In this document: positions 28,660 through 44,104 of the stretch, piece by piece
How the letters are laid out: every line of letters begins with the position of its first letter
Position numbering within the stretch: the stretch's first letter is position 1
Origin: the human T2T-CHM13v2.0 reference genome, Homo sapiens
DNA: 64,000 nt
Direction: 5' to 3' (one strand)
Assembly (NCBI RefSeq): GCF_009914755.1
Contig: NC_060938.1
Notes under the pieces: model-generated
Databases searched by the model: none
What the model was told of the DNA's origin: nothing
Seen by the model: the letters and a program-made list of their open reading frames with translations, nothing else
Made by a program: the position numbers and the translations under genes

Positions 28660-28846
28660 TGAAGACAGGGCCTTGCTGACCTGCATAGCCTCAGGACACT
28701 GTTCCCTGCCTCTATGCCACTCTGTCTCCAGCCTTGGCTCAAAGAAGCCCATGTGCAGCGTGGCCCACCACTTCACAGGGTGCAAGCTGTAAGCTTTGGT
28801 GGCTCCCGTGTATTTTTTTACAGCAATGCAAGAACAGACTAACACA
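28660..28846 (+). mobile_element. Internally deleted MST fragment (internal piece fused to LTR 3' end)
   Basis: CCTCAGGACACTG...GTGCAAGCTGTAAGCTTTGG matches 23687-23800; joined to CAGCAATGCAAGAACAGACTAACACA. Confidence 0.7.
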
Positions 28847-29161
28847 CCTTCATTTTAAAAGTTGCCCAAGAAGAGACGGGCAACTTTGTCAAGGAGTCAA
28901 ATTGCTTTTGGGGTGTGGGGGAGGAGAATGGTGCTGTAACCCTTGATAATTTTAAGTTTGAAAGTTATTAAACTTAATCATATGTACTGGGGTAGCCCTC
29001 CCTGGCCCCTGAGGTGAAACTTACTGGAAGAAAAGTCACGTTCTTTATTCCAAAACTGTTAACACAAGCCTGTCAAAAGGTCCTAGAGAGCTAGCTCAAA
29101 GCACAGCCTATGGTGAACTCAGCATTTCTTTCATTATAAGGTGGTCTGTTAAGAGTTTGAG

Positions 29162-29172
29162 TGGGTGTGTGC

Positions 29173-29206
<34 letters not shown>

Positions 29207-29216
29207 ATGTGTGTGT
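29162..29216. repeat. Imperfect (TG)n microsatellite
   Basis: Direct reading. Confidence 0.9.
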
Positions 29217-31562
29217 CACAGGAGAAGATAAGAATCATATCTTTTTACCCTGGGTTAATGTAGTTACACATTTTCTCTTCCCTCAATTCATGACAATGTC
29301 CTGTATCCCCTGTAGTTCTGAAGGTGCTGTGCTGTTGACAACACCCTGGTTATGGGCCTCTCCTCTGTGGACGTGGGCAGGCTATGTGGACAAGCTAGAG
29401 AGGATAGTTTCATCATCTGCAGCCAGTTCCAGTTGGTATCAGGGTCAGCTTCTTTGTGGCTGTTTGGATGGAGCAAAGTTACACATAATAGATGTGAATT
29501 TATATATGTGTGTTTGTGTGTAGAGAGGGTTGGTGGTAGATGAAAGGATGTATTGTCAAAATAGATATTTCCAGTCCATATCCAAAACTAATTTTTTGTG
29601 TCAACATAGGGCCTTATAAAAAGCCCTTTTGTGAGTTTTCTGAACAAGGATATTCATGTTTTCAGCTGAACGTACTGCTAGGAAAGTCTCCTGAGGTGCA
29701 AGGACAGCAGGATATTTCAGGCTATAGTAAATGGCCCACTCTCCTTTCTTTGGTTATATTAATTTGAGAGACTACTCTTGGGTAGTCATTACAAGGTTGT
29801 AACACAAAGGATTCAGTCTCTTAGGGAAACTTTTTCCAGTTTCCTATAATGCTTTATGTGGGGAGACCAGAGGTAGTTGTAACACTGAGAAGAGAAAATT
29901 TGCCTTTTTCTGCTCTCTCCTGAGAAACTATCACCAAAAAGCCTGGTTTCTATGGCAGCTCACGCCTGGATCACTACAGTACTGCCAGACTCTGATTTTT
30001 GGCAGCAACATCAGCAAATACAATTAAGAATGATACATGTCAAGGGGTTGATGAACTTTTCCAGTGTCTTTTCTGTAAGTCACTAATAACCAGAACTGGC
30101 CTTTCCTGTTTGAATAAATACCACTGGCCTTCAATGATTTATTACGAAAAGGGAGTGAAACACTAGCAAGAAAAGTAAGACATTCTCTGGATAAGTGGGA
30201 GGAGCTCAAAGTGGATTAATTTGAACATTAAGGGGAATATAACCTTATTTTATGAAGTATAGTATGCCAGATAATATTGATTAGGATAAGCTAGCTCATG
30301 AAAAAGTCAGGATCATGCATACCATGACATAGGAAGAATCCAATGAGCCTGACTGGATTTCCGTCAAGCCAGATTTCAGACCCAGATTAATATCAACTGC
30401 CTTATCAGCAATACTTCATGGGTTTATAGCTCCTTTGTTAGTTTGGGAGTCTTATTCAGGTGTTGAGTGATCCTCTCTAAAGGTGAGACATTCAGCCACA
30501 AATTCAATAAATTTCAAGTACAAATATATTTGTTCAAAAATCTCAGCCTAAAAGTCTGCTGGGATGATGAGGAACGAAAGACACAAGGACTTTATTTTGC
30601 TAAGCCTAGTGAAAAAGGAAAATGCAAGTTCTCCAGATAGTAATGACATCCCCAATGAGCACTTCAACTACAAAGGAAGCAAAACTGAGTTAAAATTCAT
30701 ATGTCTGCAGGGGCTGATCATGAGACCGTTTGTAGAAAAGCTGGAACAGAAGATGCTGTTTAGCTCTACCTGTAAGGGTCTTGCCAGACATTGTATAAAC
30801 ATTTAACTCAAGGAGGAGCAAGAAATAGTGCCCATTATCTTCTGTGATAACACAGCATCTGATTACTTGTTCTCTCAGATACCCTGCAGTTCAGAGTATT
30901 AATTTCTCTATACCTTGAAGTGGCTGATAGCAATATCTTTCAGGTCTTTAATTAAAGGCTAAAAGCTGATTCTAGAATCTCTCCATTGTCTGGAGCTATT
31001 CTGATACAAACTCAACTTGCCACAAAGAATCTCTGAAAAAAAAAAAAAGAAAATGAAAGAGAAAATAGTTGAAAAGAAAAATACCAGGTATTTAATTCAA
31101 TCTCCATTAAGCTTTCCCTTCACATATAATCTTTGAGTTAGACAGTTCCTCTCCCATAAGGATAACACTTTCTTGTCACTAATCCCTGGATAACACAAGT
31201 CAGGGGAAACAGGAAATAGATACAATAATAGATTCGAGTCTCTGGATTTTTCATTTAGCCAATAGTAAGGTAGGAAAGTGGCCAGATAAAAAAATAAAAC
31301 AGCACAGACAGAAAATATCTATTTGTCCATGGAGAGAACACAAGCACTTGATGGACAGAAGCCCAGAATATACAGGATTGTTTTTTCACACATAAAGCAA
31401 TATTTTAAATACTCTGTGGTGTATTCATTTTAACTTAATCGAGCAAATGCAAATACATTAAAGAGTCCCATAGCAGCACTATTTTTAATAGCAACAAACA
31501 GAAAATAACTTGTTTATACTGTGACTATTATTTAGATATTATAGGTCACTAATTATTTAGAT

Positions 31563-31761
31563 CAGGGGTCAATAAACTATGTTTTGTGGGCCAAATCCCG
31601 CCTATAGCCTGTTTTTGTCAAGTTTTATCAGAGTACAGCCATACCCATCAGTTATGTATTATCAATGGCAGAGTTGAATAGTTGTGACAGAGACCAAATA
31701 TTTCACAAAGCCTGAAATATTTGCCATATGATTCTTTACAGAAAAAAAATCTGACAACCAG
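31563..31761. mobile_element. MER58A hAT MITE within an old L1M 3' fragment (~31440-32120)
   Basis: CAGGGGTCAATAAACTA...GGGCCAAATCC...GCAGAGTTGAATAGTTGTGACAGAGACC...CTTTACAGAAAAA. Confidence 0.8.
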
Positions 31762-32356
31762 CAATATAAATGGTTGCACATATATTCAATGGAACACTCT
31801 GTTACAATTAAAAGAATGTAAAAGGTTGGTATATAACAACATAAAAAGATATCGATATCAAGAAAAAATGATTCAAAACAGTGTGTATGTAAGTATTTTC
31901 AGATTCCGTTTGCCTAAAAACAAAGCATATGCATATGCATCAAACTTCTGAAAGCATATACACACACAAAAACTTAATAATGATTACCTCTGGTGAATGA
32001 AATTAGGAAGTAGGACTGGGGAGAGGGAGAATGAAGAAAGGAAAGAGGGAGAAACATTTATTTATATTTAATATCCCTCTATATCATCACAAATTTTAAA
32101 ATGCCCATGTTATATAATTGAAAATAAACTAAAATGAGAATTATAGAAGCAATAGGAATTTAAGAATATTTTATTTGTAGAATGAATGAATGTAATTCTC
32201 AATGATATAATGCCAATTTTCTTTTCTTATGAATGTTTTTGTTGAATGTTTATGTAATATTTCCTGTGTCTTTGACTAAGAGTATGTGTTATCTCTTGCT
32301 TAAATATCTATCTGTGATTTTAGTATCACTATTTGCTTTAGATGATTACAACTTAC

Positions 32357-32513
32357 CTCTTCATTAGTGAAGTGAAAAAAATCGCTAAGACATTTTATAA
32401 CATATTTTTGCTGTGAGGAATTTCACATAATAGTGTTGTTTTCCAATATGATTTATAAAGCGCTATCTTAAACCTCTCGAGTTTTCACACAAATTTAACA
32501 ATTTTTGGTGTTT
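32357..32513 (-). other. Candidate 157-nt exon of an unidentified minus-strand transcript
   Basis: Minus strand: TCTTTCTCTACAATTAG|AAAC...GAAGAG|GTAAGT; 3 CpGs in AT-rich context. Confidence 0.35.
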
Positions 32514-35500
32514 CTAATTGTAGAGAAAGATGTTTGATTTGGGACAAATTATTTAAATATTTCATGATTTCTTAATTTGCAGCATAGAAAAATGTTACCT
32601 ACCTTACCACATAAAATTTTTGTGTTAAGAAGGTTTTTAAGGGTTCCATAAATTATCAATTATTTCAAATATATTTATTTTGGCACAGTTTTAGTGCAAT
32701 CAAAATGTGGACAGTCACAAGAAGATTTTTGATTGTAAGTGAGTAAGGAATCAATTAAAACAGTGTTCTAGAAGAACTGTAGTCTTGAATTTTAGACTCT
32801 TAGACCACAAACGAACCTGGAAAAGTCACACATAAACTGTACAAAATTAGATAATATGGGCTTCAAACAAAAACAACAGCAAGCTCTCTTTTGGTATGAA
32901 AACTCTACTTTTTTTTTTTTTTTTTTAAAGAGCCAGTCCTTGTTTTCTTGTCTCTAAAATGTGGATGGTTATACTGTATCTGCTTGCCAAATTCATAGAA
33001 TTCTTGTGAAAATTAAATGGATTAATTTATGCTAGAGAAATCTATAAATTATAAATCTCTGTACAATAATTTTTCAAAATATGGTATGCAGATAATTTTC
33101 AGGGGGGTGACAAAATTTTTATGTTTTAATGATTACATATCTATATTTACTTCTTGTTTATGATGAGTGATATGCTACTTTTATTGTAGCTTCCTTTGAA
33201 ATTAATGTATGGAGGTAAAAATGTGAGTCAACTTAAAAGAAAATTACTAATACTATAGGTAAAATGTGGATATGACAAAAATCGTGATGATGGTATGTGC
33301 ACAAGCGAAGTTCAGAAAACATTGCATTGTGAAGATATAAATTTGATTTAGATTTTCATATTTTAGTATATGGTTCTCAACTGGCATTGTTTAATTTGCT
33401 GTGGTTGCAAACATATTGTGTTAAAACAAGACATATGGAGCTCTTTTACAGCAAAAGAAGACAGAAATGAAGAAACAGATGCCTGAAGCATTTGGGAAAG
33501 TAACTCCACTGCAGCTGAAATACTGGATGTTGCAGGGTCCATTGTCCCAAGTTAGTATAGGTTGCATTGATTTCATTGAAAGAAGAAAAACAACCATAGT
33601 TAGAGGACTGAAAAGTATACTTCTAGAGAGAGAGGGCCTGCAACATTTCTGAGAAATTAACTTTAGTTCACATTACCTTAAAAATTACTCTGGAGAAGTG
33701 TGATTTCTATGATGAGCACATCCTACTGCATGTCAGATCTGACTTCCCAGACCTGCCAGCCCAGTGAGACACTAAAGCTGCTTGAATTAAGTACAAGTAG
33801 CAACTAGGACATGGGTTGGCCTTTGGGAAACCACTTCTGTGTTTACAACCTAATGCTACCGGAATTCTGATTGAACCTTCATGACTTTAGGTGACAAAGG
33901 CATACCAAACTCAGGCTGGGAGGAAATGAGTTGGGGCAGTGGTGCCCATCTTCCTCTATGATCTACAAAGCAAAAATGTCATGCCATACCCCAGCAACAA
34001 GCTCACCCTCAAACTTCCTCTGATTCCTTTCCTAGTCTGCCCAGTAGACTGTTCCAAGAGAAGAAGTCCCTTCTCCAGGGCACCTGTACATTTTCCCCTC
34101 TTGTTTCCTTAAACCTGTGTTCTGCCTGAAAAGAATGCATTTTTTCTGCTCATCCAATTTCATGCCTTAGGAGTGCAAAAGCAAGCTACTGCATTGAAAA
34201 TTGAGGAATTGATTCCCAGAGTCTCACAAAGCCCTGAAGCAGAGCAGTTCCAGTCTCTGCCCTTCATTTAGGATATTGGTGCTTCCTGGTTTCTAGTACC
34301 TGCCTGTATGACTACTGATTTCTTATGTCTCTGCAAATTCCGGCGACTAAGGAATTGCTTATGCAGCAGTTCAGAGGCAAGATGGAGTATCTCTTTCCAT
34401 TATTTATTTAAAAAATTCTTTGAAGGCTGCCATTTAACCTCAGCAGGGAAGTTAGGATTTTTCACCTGCACATAGTGATTTTATTCCTCTGAAGCCTTAT
34501 ATGAATTATTAAGCTTTTAAGAAAAGAGAGCAAATAGAGTTTTGCAAGGTAATCAAAAGCAAATATGCTAATTTGGGTCTATAGGACAGTATTTTTATCA
34601 GAAGGAACATTAAGGTTAGCTCTGTTATTCATCTAAATTAAAGAAATCAAGAAAAAGAACAAGACTAGCAAATTACCTTTACTGATGGTCGAAATTAGCC
34701 CTATCTTGGACTCTTTCTTAATAGTCTTTCTCAGCATAAAACCTAGTTACTAGGATACAGCCGTGTGGCAGCATCTTTATTAGAAATTGTGTGGGAGAAA
34801 AAAAGGTCAGATACTCATTTCCAGTAACAGTTTGACAAGTAACACGGAGAAAAGGGCAGGAAGGAATTGAGGCTTGTGATGTTTTCTTATAGCAAGATTT
34901 TGAGATAATAGCACTTATGTGAATAGGAAGTCTCCAGGAATACATTTTATTAATCTCAGGGTTCAAAGAAAAAGACATGGTACCATATTATCATGAAAAT
35001 TAAAACAAGCCTAAAAAGATACATAAATATCAGGTAAAGGACAAAAATATCATCATCTGTCACTGTTAAAATTTTTTTAAATCTTAACTCTAGCTATATC
35101 CAAAAGTCTTATAATTATATTGATAGAAGTCACATCTTCAATTACCATAATTGGTCAATAGTCAATAGTTAAAGGGCTTAAGCATTACAGAAAACTTTAT
35201 AAGACCCAGGTGGGTCTCCTAAATCCCACAAAAAGGTCATTATCCCTCTCTGTACTGGTAGATCTTTGTATCAGAATAGAGATATATTTGTAAAATTTGT
35301 ACTAATGAAAATTTCTTTGAGTTAAACTCCATCTTATCATTGTCTTCTAATGAAATTAAAGATATATTAATAAATTAGTAGGTTTTAATAATCAGAATTA
35401 TGCCACTTTAGAGACATACTAATACATTTCCAAAATTCACATAAAGATGTCAAACCTCTATGGTTAAAAAGTCTAAGTTATTAACAATTTACTGTGTAAC

Positions 35501-35684
35501 AAAGAAATCAAGACAATAAAAATACCTGACATTTCAGACACTCGGCCTTATCTCTCCTTTCCTGGGCTTCTCCCTATCTTGAGCATTGCTATTGCACACA
35601 AAGGCAGAAGGGGCCAGAACAGTGTTGTACAATTTGGCTTCCAATATGCCTGGCATTGAAACTCAGGTCTGTACTAGCTCCCCA

Positions 35685-38600
35685 GCAATGGTTCTTAACC
35701 AGAGCGGAATGGCTGAAATGACAAACATAGGATTCAGAATCTAGATGGCAATAAATCTCATTGAGATTCAGGAGAAAGTTGAAATGCAATCTAAGGAATC
35801 TAAGGGATCCACTAAAATGATTCAAGAGATGAAAGACAAAAATAGCTATTTTAAGAAAGAACCATATGGATCCGATAGAGCTGAAAGACTCACTACAAGA
35901 ATTTTATTATATAATCCCAAGTATTAACAGTAGGATAGACCAAGCTGTGGAAAGAATTTCAGAGCTCAAATACTGATGCTTTGAATCAACTCAGACAAAA
36001 ATAAAGAAAAAAGAATAAATAAAAATGAACAAAACCTCTGAAAAATATAAGATTATGTAAAAAGACCAAACCTATGACTCATTGGTGTCCCTGAAAGAGA
36101 GGGAGAAACAGCAAGCAACTTGGAAAATATACTTGAGGATATTGTCCACAAAAATTTCCCCAATCTTGCTAGAGAAGTTGACATTTACATTCAAGAAATT
36201 CAGAGAACCCCTGAAAGATACAATACACAATGACCATCCCCAAGACACATAGTCATCAGACTCTCCAAGGCCAATGTGAAAGAAAAAATATTAAAGACAG
36301 TTAGAGAGAAGGTGCAGGTAACCTATAAAGGGAACCCCTTTAGGTTAACAGTGGACCTTTCAGCAGAAATCCAACAAGCCAGAAGAGATTGTGGGCCTAT
36401 ATTCAGCATCCTTAAAGAAAAGAATTTCCAACCAAGAATTTTATAGCCAGTCAAGCTAAGCTTCATAAGCAAAGGAGAAATAAAATTATTTTTAGACAAG
36501 CAAATACTAAGGGAATTTGTTATCACCAGACCTACTTACAAGAGGTCCATAAGGAAGTGCTAAACATGGAAATAGAAGATCATTACCAACCAAAACAAAA
36601 GCACACTTAAGTACACAGACTATTGACACTATAAAGCAACTACACAATCAAGTCTACATAACGACAAGTTAACAACATGATGACAGCATCAAATCTACAC
36701 ATATCCATACTAACTTTGAACATAAATGGGCTAAATACTCCACTTAAAAGGCACAGAGTGACAAGTTGGATAAAGAAGCAAGACCCAACTTTATGCTGTT
36801 TTCAAGAGACCCATCTCACCTGCAGTGACAATCATAGGCTCAAAGTAAAGGGATAGAGAAAGATCTATCAAGAAAACAAAAAACAAAAAAGAGCAGGGGT
36901 TACTAGTCTTATTTCAGACAAAATAGACTTTAAATCAACAATGATCAAAAAGGACAAAGAAGGGCATTATATAATGATAAAGTGTTTAATTCAACAGGAA
37001 GACTTAACTATCCTAAATATATATGCACCCAACATAGGAGGACTCAAATTCATAAAATAAGAAGTTCTTAGAGACCTATGAAGAGGCTTAGATAACCATA
37101 CAATAATAATGGGAGACTTCAAAACCCCACTGACAGTATTAGATCATCAGGGCACAAAACTAACAAAGATATCTGAGACCTAAACTCTACACTTGACCAA
37201 ATGTATCTAATAGACATCTACAGAACACTCCACCCAACAGCAATAAGAATATACATTCTTCTTATCTGTACATGGCACATATTCCAAAATCAACCACATG
37301 CTTGGCCATAAAGCAATTCTCAAAAAACTCAAAACAACTGAAGTCATACCAACCACACTCTCGGACCACAGCACAATAAAAATAGAAATCAATACTGAGA
37401 GGAACTCTCAAAACCATACAATTACATGGAAATTAACCTCCTACTGAATGACTTTTGGGTAAACAATGAAATTAAGGCAGAAATCAAGAAATTCTTTGAA
37501 ACTTTTATCAGTTTCAAAGATACAACATACCAGAATCTCTGGGACACAGCTAAAGGAGTGTTAAGAGAAAAATTTATAGCACTAAATGCACACATTAAAA
37601 AGTTAGTTAGAAAGATCTCAAATTAGCAACCTAACCTCACACCTAGAGGAGCTAGAAAAACAAAAGCAAACCAACCTCAAAGCTAGCAGAAAAACACAAT
37701 GAAAATCAGAGCTGAAATGAATGAAATGGAAATGAGAAAAAACACCCAAAAGAGAAACAAAACCAGAAGTCTTTTTTGAAAGAATAAATAAAATTGATTG
37801 ATAGACAACTAGCTAGAAAAATAAAGGAAAAAGGAGAAAAGCCAAATAGATACAATCAGAAATAATAAAGGGGACATTACAACTGACCCCACAGAAATAC
37901 AAAATGCCCCTGAGACTATTACAAACACTTCTATACACACAAACTAGAAAACCTAGAAGAAATGGATAAATGCCTGGAAACATACAACATCCTAAGATTG
38001 AACTAGGAAGAAATTGAAATCCTGAACAGACCATTAATGGATTCAGAAATAGAATCAGTAATAAAAAAACCTACCAAACAGAAAAAGCCCTGGACCGGAC
38101 ATATTCACAGCTGAATTCTACCAGATGTATAAAGAAGAGCTGGTACCATTCCTACAAAACCTAGTCCAAAAACTGAGGAGGAGGGACTCTAACTCATCGT
38201 ATGAGACCAGCATCATTCTGATACCCAAACGTATCAGAGACACAATGAAAAAAAGAAACTTCAGGCCAATATCCCTGATGAACATAGATGCCAAATCCTG
38301 AACAAAATACTAACAAACTGAATCCAGCAGCGCATCTAAAAGCTAATCCACCATGATCAAGTGGTGGATTCCTTTTGGGATTCAAGGTTGGTTCAACATA
38401 CACAAATTAATCAATGTGATTCATCACATAAACAGAACTAAAAACAAAAACCATGTGATTATCTTAATAGATGTGGAAAAGGCTTTTGATAAAATTCAAC
38501 ATGCCATCATTTTAAAAACCCTCAACAAACTAAGCATCAAAGGAACATATCTCAAATTAAGAGTCATGTATGACAAACCCACAGCCAACATATACTGAGT

Positions 38601-40705
38601 GCACAAAATCTGAAAGAATTCCTCTTGAGAACTGAAGCAAGACAAGGATGCCCACTCTTACTACTCCTATTCCACATAGTACTGGAAGTCCTACCACAAC
38701 AATCAGGCAAGAAAGAGGTGTAAAAGGCATCAAAATAGGAAGAGGGAAGTTAAACTACCTCTCTTCACAGATTATATGATTCTTTACCTAGAAAACCCCA
38801 TATCTCTGCCCAAAAGCTCCTATACTATAGCTATCTGATAAACAACTTCGGCAAAGTTTCAGGATATAAAATCAATGTACAAAACTCAGTAGCATTTCTA
38901 TACATCAGTAACTTCCAAGCCAAATAAAGAACATAATCCCATTCACAATAACCACAAAAAGAATAAAATACCCAGGAATACTAACCAGGGAGGTGAAAGA
39001 TCTCTATGATGAGAATTACAAAACACTGCTCAAAGGAATCAGAGATGGCACAAGCAAATGGAAAATCATTCCATGTTCATAGATAGGAAGAATCAATATT
39101 GTTAAAATGGCCATACTACTCAAAGCAATTTACATATTCAGTGCTATTCCAATCAAATTAACAGTGGCATTTTTTCACATAATTAGAAAAAAACTATTCT
39201 AAAATTCATATGGAATTTTAAAAAAGTCTGAATAGCCAATACAATACTCAGCTGAAAGAATAAAGCCAGAGCCATCACATTACCTGACTTTACTATAAGG
39301 CTACAGTAACCAAAATATTATGGTACTGGTACAAAAACAGACACATAAACCAATGGAACAGGTTAGAGAACCCTGAAATAAAGCTGCACACCTACAACCA
39401 TATGATATTCAGCAAAGCTGACAACAACAAGCTCTGGGGATAGGACTCCCTATTCAACAAATGGTGCAGGGATAACTGGCTAGCCATATGTAGAAGATTG
39501 AAACTAGGCCATTTACTTTCACCATATTAAAAACTCAACTCAAGACGGATTAAAGATATAAATGTAAAACCTAAAACTATAAAAACTGTACAAGAAAACC
39601 TGGGAATTACCATTCTGGACATGAACCCTGGCAAAGATTCCATAGTGAAGACTTCAAAATCAATCGCAAGAAAACTAAAAATTGACAAGTGGCACCTAAT
39701 TAAAGAACTTCTGCACAGCAAAAGAAACTATCAACAGAGAAAACAGACAACCTACAGAATGGGAGAAAATATTTGCAAACTGTGTACCCAACAAAGGTCT
39801 AATATCCAGATTCTAGAAGGAACACAAATCAACAAGAAAGCACAAACAATCCCATTAAAAAAAATGGGCAAAGGGCATGAAAAGACACTTCTCAAAAGAA
39901 GACATATATAAATGCAGCCAACAAGCATCTGAAAAAAATACTCAACATCATTAATCATTAGAGAAATGCAAATCAAAACCCCAATGAGATATCATCTCAC
40001 ACCAGTCAGAATGCCTATTATTAAGTAAAAAAAAAAATATGCTGGTGAGATTGTGGAGAAAAGGAACGCTTATAGACTGCTGGTGGGAATGTAAATTAGT
40101 TCAGCCACTGTGAAAAGAAGTTTGGAGATTTCTCAAAGAACTGAGAACTAGCATTCAACTTGGCAATCCCTTTATTGGGTATATACCCAAAGGAATATAA
40201 ATCATTCCACCATAAAGATACATGCACATGTATAGTTCACTGGAGCACTACTTACAATAGCAAAACCATGGAGTCAACTTAAATGTCCAAAAGTGGTGGA
40301 CTTGATAAAGAAAATGTGATACATATATACTGTGGAATACTATGCAGCCATAAAAAAGAATTAAATCATATCTTTTGCAGTAACATGCATGAAGCTGCAG
40401 GCCATTATTCTAAGCTAATTAACACATGAGCAGAAAACCAAATACTGCATGTTGTCACTTGTAAGTGAGAGCTAAACATTGACTACATGGACACAAAGAA
40501 GGGAAAAATAGACACTAGGGCTTACTTGAGGGTGGAGGGTGGGAAGAAGAGATAGGAGATTAAAAAATCTACCTGTGAGGTACCATGCACATTACCTGGG
40601 TGACAAAATGATCTGTAGGCCAAACCCCCCCGACATGAAATTCACTCATGTGACAAACCTGCATATGTACACCCTGTTCATATAAATAACTTGGAAGAAA
40701 AAACA
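35685..40705 (+). mobile_element. 5'-truncated LINE-1 (L1PA15/16-like), decayed ORF1 (~35690-36610), ORF2 (~36678-40495) and 3'UTR
   Basis: Endonuclease motifs (AATATATATGCACCCAAC, GGAGACTTC), RT motifs (QGWFNI, GAAAAGGCTTTTGATAAAATTC, CAAGGATGCCCACTC); catalytic FADD mutated to FTDY at 38764; many stops and frameshifts. Confidence 0.95.
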
Positions 40706-41395
40706 TACAGGTAAATATTATTTAAAACTGTAACTCAGGTCCACCAATTTATTAGCTGTGCGACCTTGGGAGGATCACATAACTCTTCTGAGGCTCAGTT
40801 TGTTCAACTGTAAAATTGATTGAACAGTTTTCAGGCTCATTATGACAATGAATGAGATTCTGTATTTAAGTGGTAGGTATTTAATTAATATTAGCTGTTA
40901 CCAACACTATTATTACTACAGTTTTGGGAAGGAGCCAGCAAGAACAGTCCTCTTCCCTGACTAAAGGTGGAACCAACTGAGGAAAAGACTTCTTTGTCTA
41001 TTTCTAATGATTCCTCTGTAAATAAAATGTACCAAACCAGTCACCAACACAGCTGGACAGGGACAAGACTCTTACCTTGGAAAGAGGATAGGGATAGAGT
41101 AGAACATACCATCCCACTAGACAGGGATGCTTCAGAAGAGAGAGAGCCCAGAGGACATCAGTCATGCATTCACAGATGCTTCTAAACTCACCTATTCCTT
41201 CTACCCTGGAAGTGTGAACAAGGGGGATGAGAAAAGCTGAAATCCCTCCAGGTGGAAACACAAGAGGTAGGGGCATTGAGATTTCTCCCTAAATATTATT
41301 ATGAGCTTGATGCCAATGATTTTAGGAAATTGATGATTTTATAGCTTAAAAATTTTATTACTACAATACTTGTATATTTATAATTTAGTGTGTGC

Positions 41396-41436
41396 ATATA
41401 TATATATATTTATTTCATATATATATATATATATAT
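41396..41436. repeat. Interrupted (TA)n
   Basis: Direct reading. Confidence 0.85.
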
Positions 41437-41472
41437 AATTTCTCATTCCTTCTCCTTTGATATTTTTTCTAC

Positions 41473-42270
<798 letters not shown>

Positions 42271-44104
42271 ACACCATTTGTTCTTAACAGAGTCTTGACC
42301 AGACAGCTTGAAGGGTCATGATCTCAGATGAGAGGCAAGGAGAGCAGTCAAAGCTCAGGACTAGCTCATACAAAACCTGTGCAAGTGTGCTGTGTCAGTC
42401 CCACACCTAGTAACCTGTTCCTAGCATAATGGTGACAGCCAGGTTTCTCACTGAGACTATTAACACTTTTTGTGTTTGACAAGAGTAGGCAAGGTCAAAC
42501 ACTGGCCAGGTGCTGAAGTGTTACATATACTGCCAGAAGCAGCACCATTCATACATACATTCCAAAGGAGGGTTTTCTTAAAGTGAATCTCCTTAAGTTC
42601 TAGTAAGTGCATGCCAGTCACAGGTATACTAAATTGTCTTAGCCCTCTTGCATAATATAATGTAACATGTAAACATTACAAATGTGCAATTGCAAAGTGG
42701 ATTATCGCAAATAGACTAAATCTTATTACAATAAAACATTATAATGGAGTGCTTATGACCCTAAAGATTTCTAAAACCTAATAATGGCCAATTTATTTTG
42801 AGAAATATTAAAATAAAATTTGATGCTTTGTTGCTTTGTATAGTGGAATTTAACTAACTTTTTTTTTCCTTTTGGGGGGGCAATGTACAGCAGAGTGACT
42901 AAAGGTGCAGGCTTTTAATGAGCTAACAGCAGTCATTTCAAGTCCTGGCCACTCCATGTCCTAACTTTATATTCTTGGGCAAGCCACTTACACTGAGCGG
43001 TGTTTCACTTTCCCCATCTACAAAGTAAGGAAAACAGAAACTTCCATAACAACGTTGTAATAAGGACTGTATGAGAGTATATATGGAAAGCATTTATCCC
43101 ACTGCTAGAATATTGTAAGCACTAGATATTTGTAGACATATTTTTACTGTCATTCTTGCCATGAATATGTGTAAAGCACAAGCAACATTCAGTCTTTTTT
43201 AAAGTTTCAGCTTTTCATACTTCCAAATGATAAAATGTGCATAAAATTTTATCAAAAACCAGAATCCTCCTATCATAACAGGAAAAATATGGAGAAAAAG
43301 GAAATTCTGTTTTGTTTTGACAAAAGACAAGGCAATAATTTCCGTAAATATTCAACAACTGGCATTGGAACATTTCACAATGTCACTGCAATTTAGTAAT
43401 AATTATACTAGTTACACTGTATAGCACTTAATCTTTTTAAGATATTTTGCCAACTGCTTTTTTAATCCTCATAGCTATTTTATTATAGAAGTTATTTACA
43501 TGTGTCATATCCTTGCTATCATTCTCTATCAAAATTAATGATGTTTTTACAAATAATCAATATTGAAAACTTCCACATCAGATACTATCAATGTTTTATA
43601 TTTTTCTTCACACCTACTTCACTTTCTTCTAGAAGCTTGGATTTTTAATAAGAACAACCTAGATTTAAGCTAGCTCATTTCTTTAAAACTTTCTGTTATT
43701 TGATATAAATCATATAAAGAAAAATATGAAAATATTAATATGAATACTCACGTATGCACACCCAGATTTTTTATACTTAACATTTTTCCATGTTTGGCTT
43801 TTTAAAAAAACAAAAAACCAGAAATAAAGCTGAGGTCCTTTGTGTAACTTTCCTTCTTTTCTTTCTGCTATTCTCTAAATGCACCTGCTCTTCCTGAATT
43901 TGCTATAGTTTTTCATTCTTTTAAACTGCATGGAAATGTTACATATATTAATTATTATGATACAAATTCCATTTTTTCTCAATATCTTATTTGGAAATTT
44001 ATTGATGTTCACTATTGTAGAGCTACACTGTCCATCTGAACTGTTATATAATATTCCTTTGAGCAAATGACAGTTCATCTATTTTCAGATTCATGGTTGT
44101 AACT

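Noticed and set aside
29560-30110. Possible large minus-strand coding exon
   Set aside because: Careful re-translation gave frequent stops and no sustained open frame.
35685-40705. Active LINE-1
   Set aside because: No 5'UTR promoter, fragmented ORFs, and the RT catalytic motif is mutated (FTDY).
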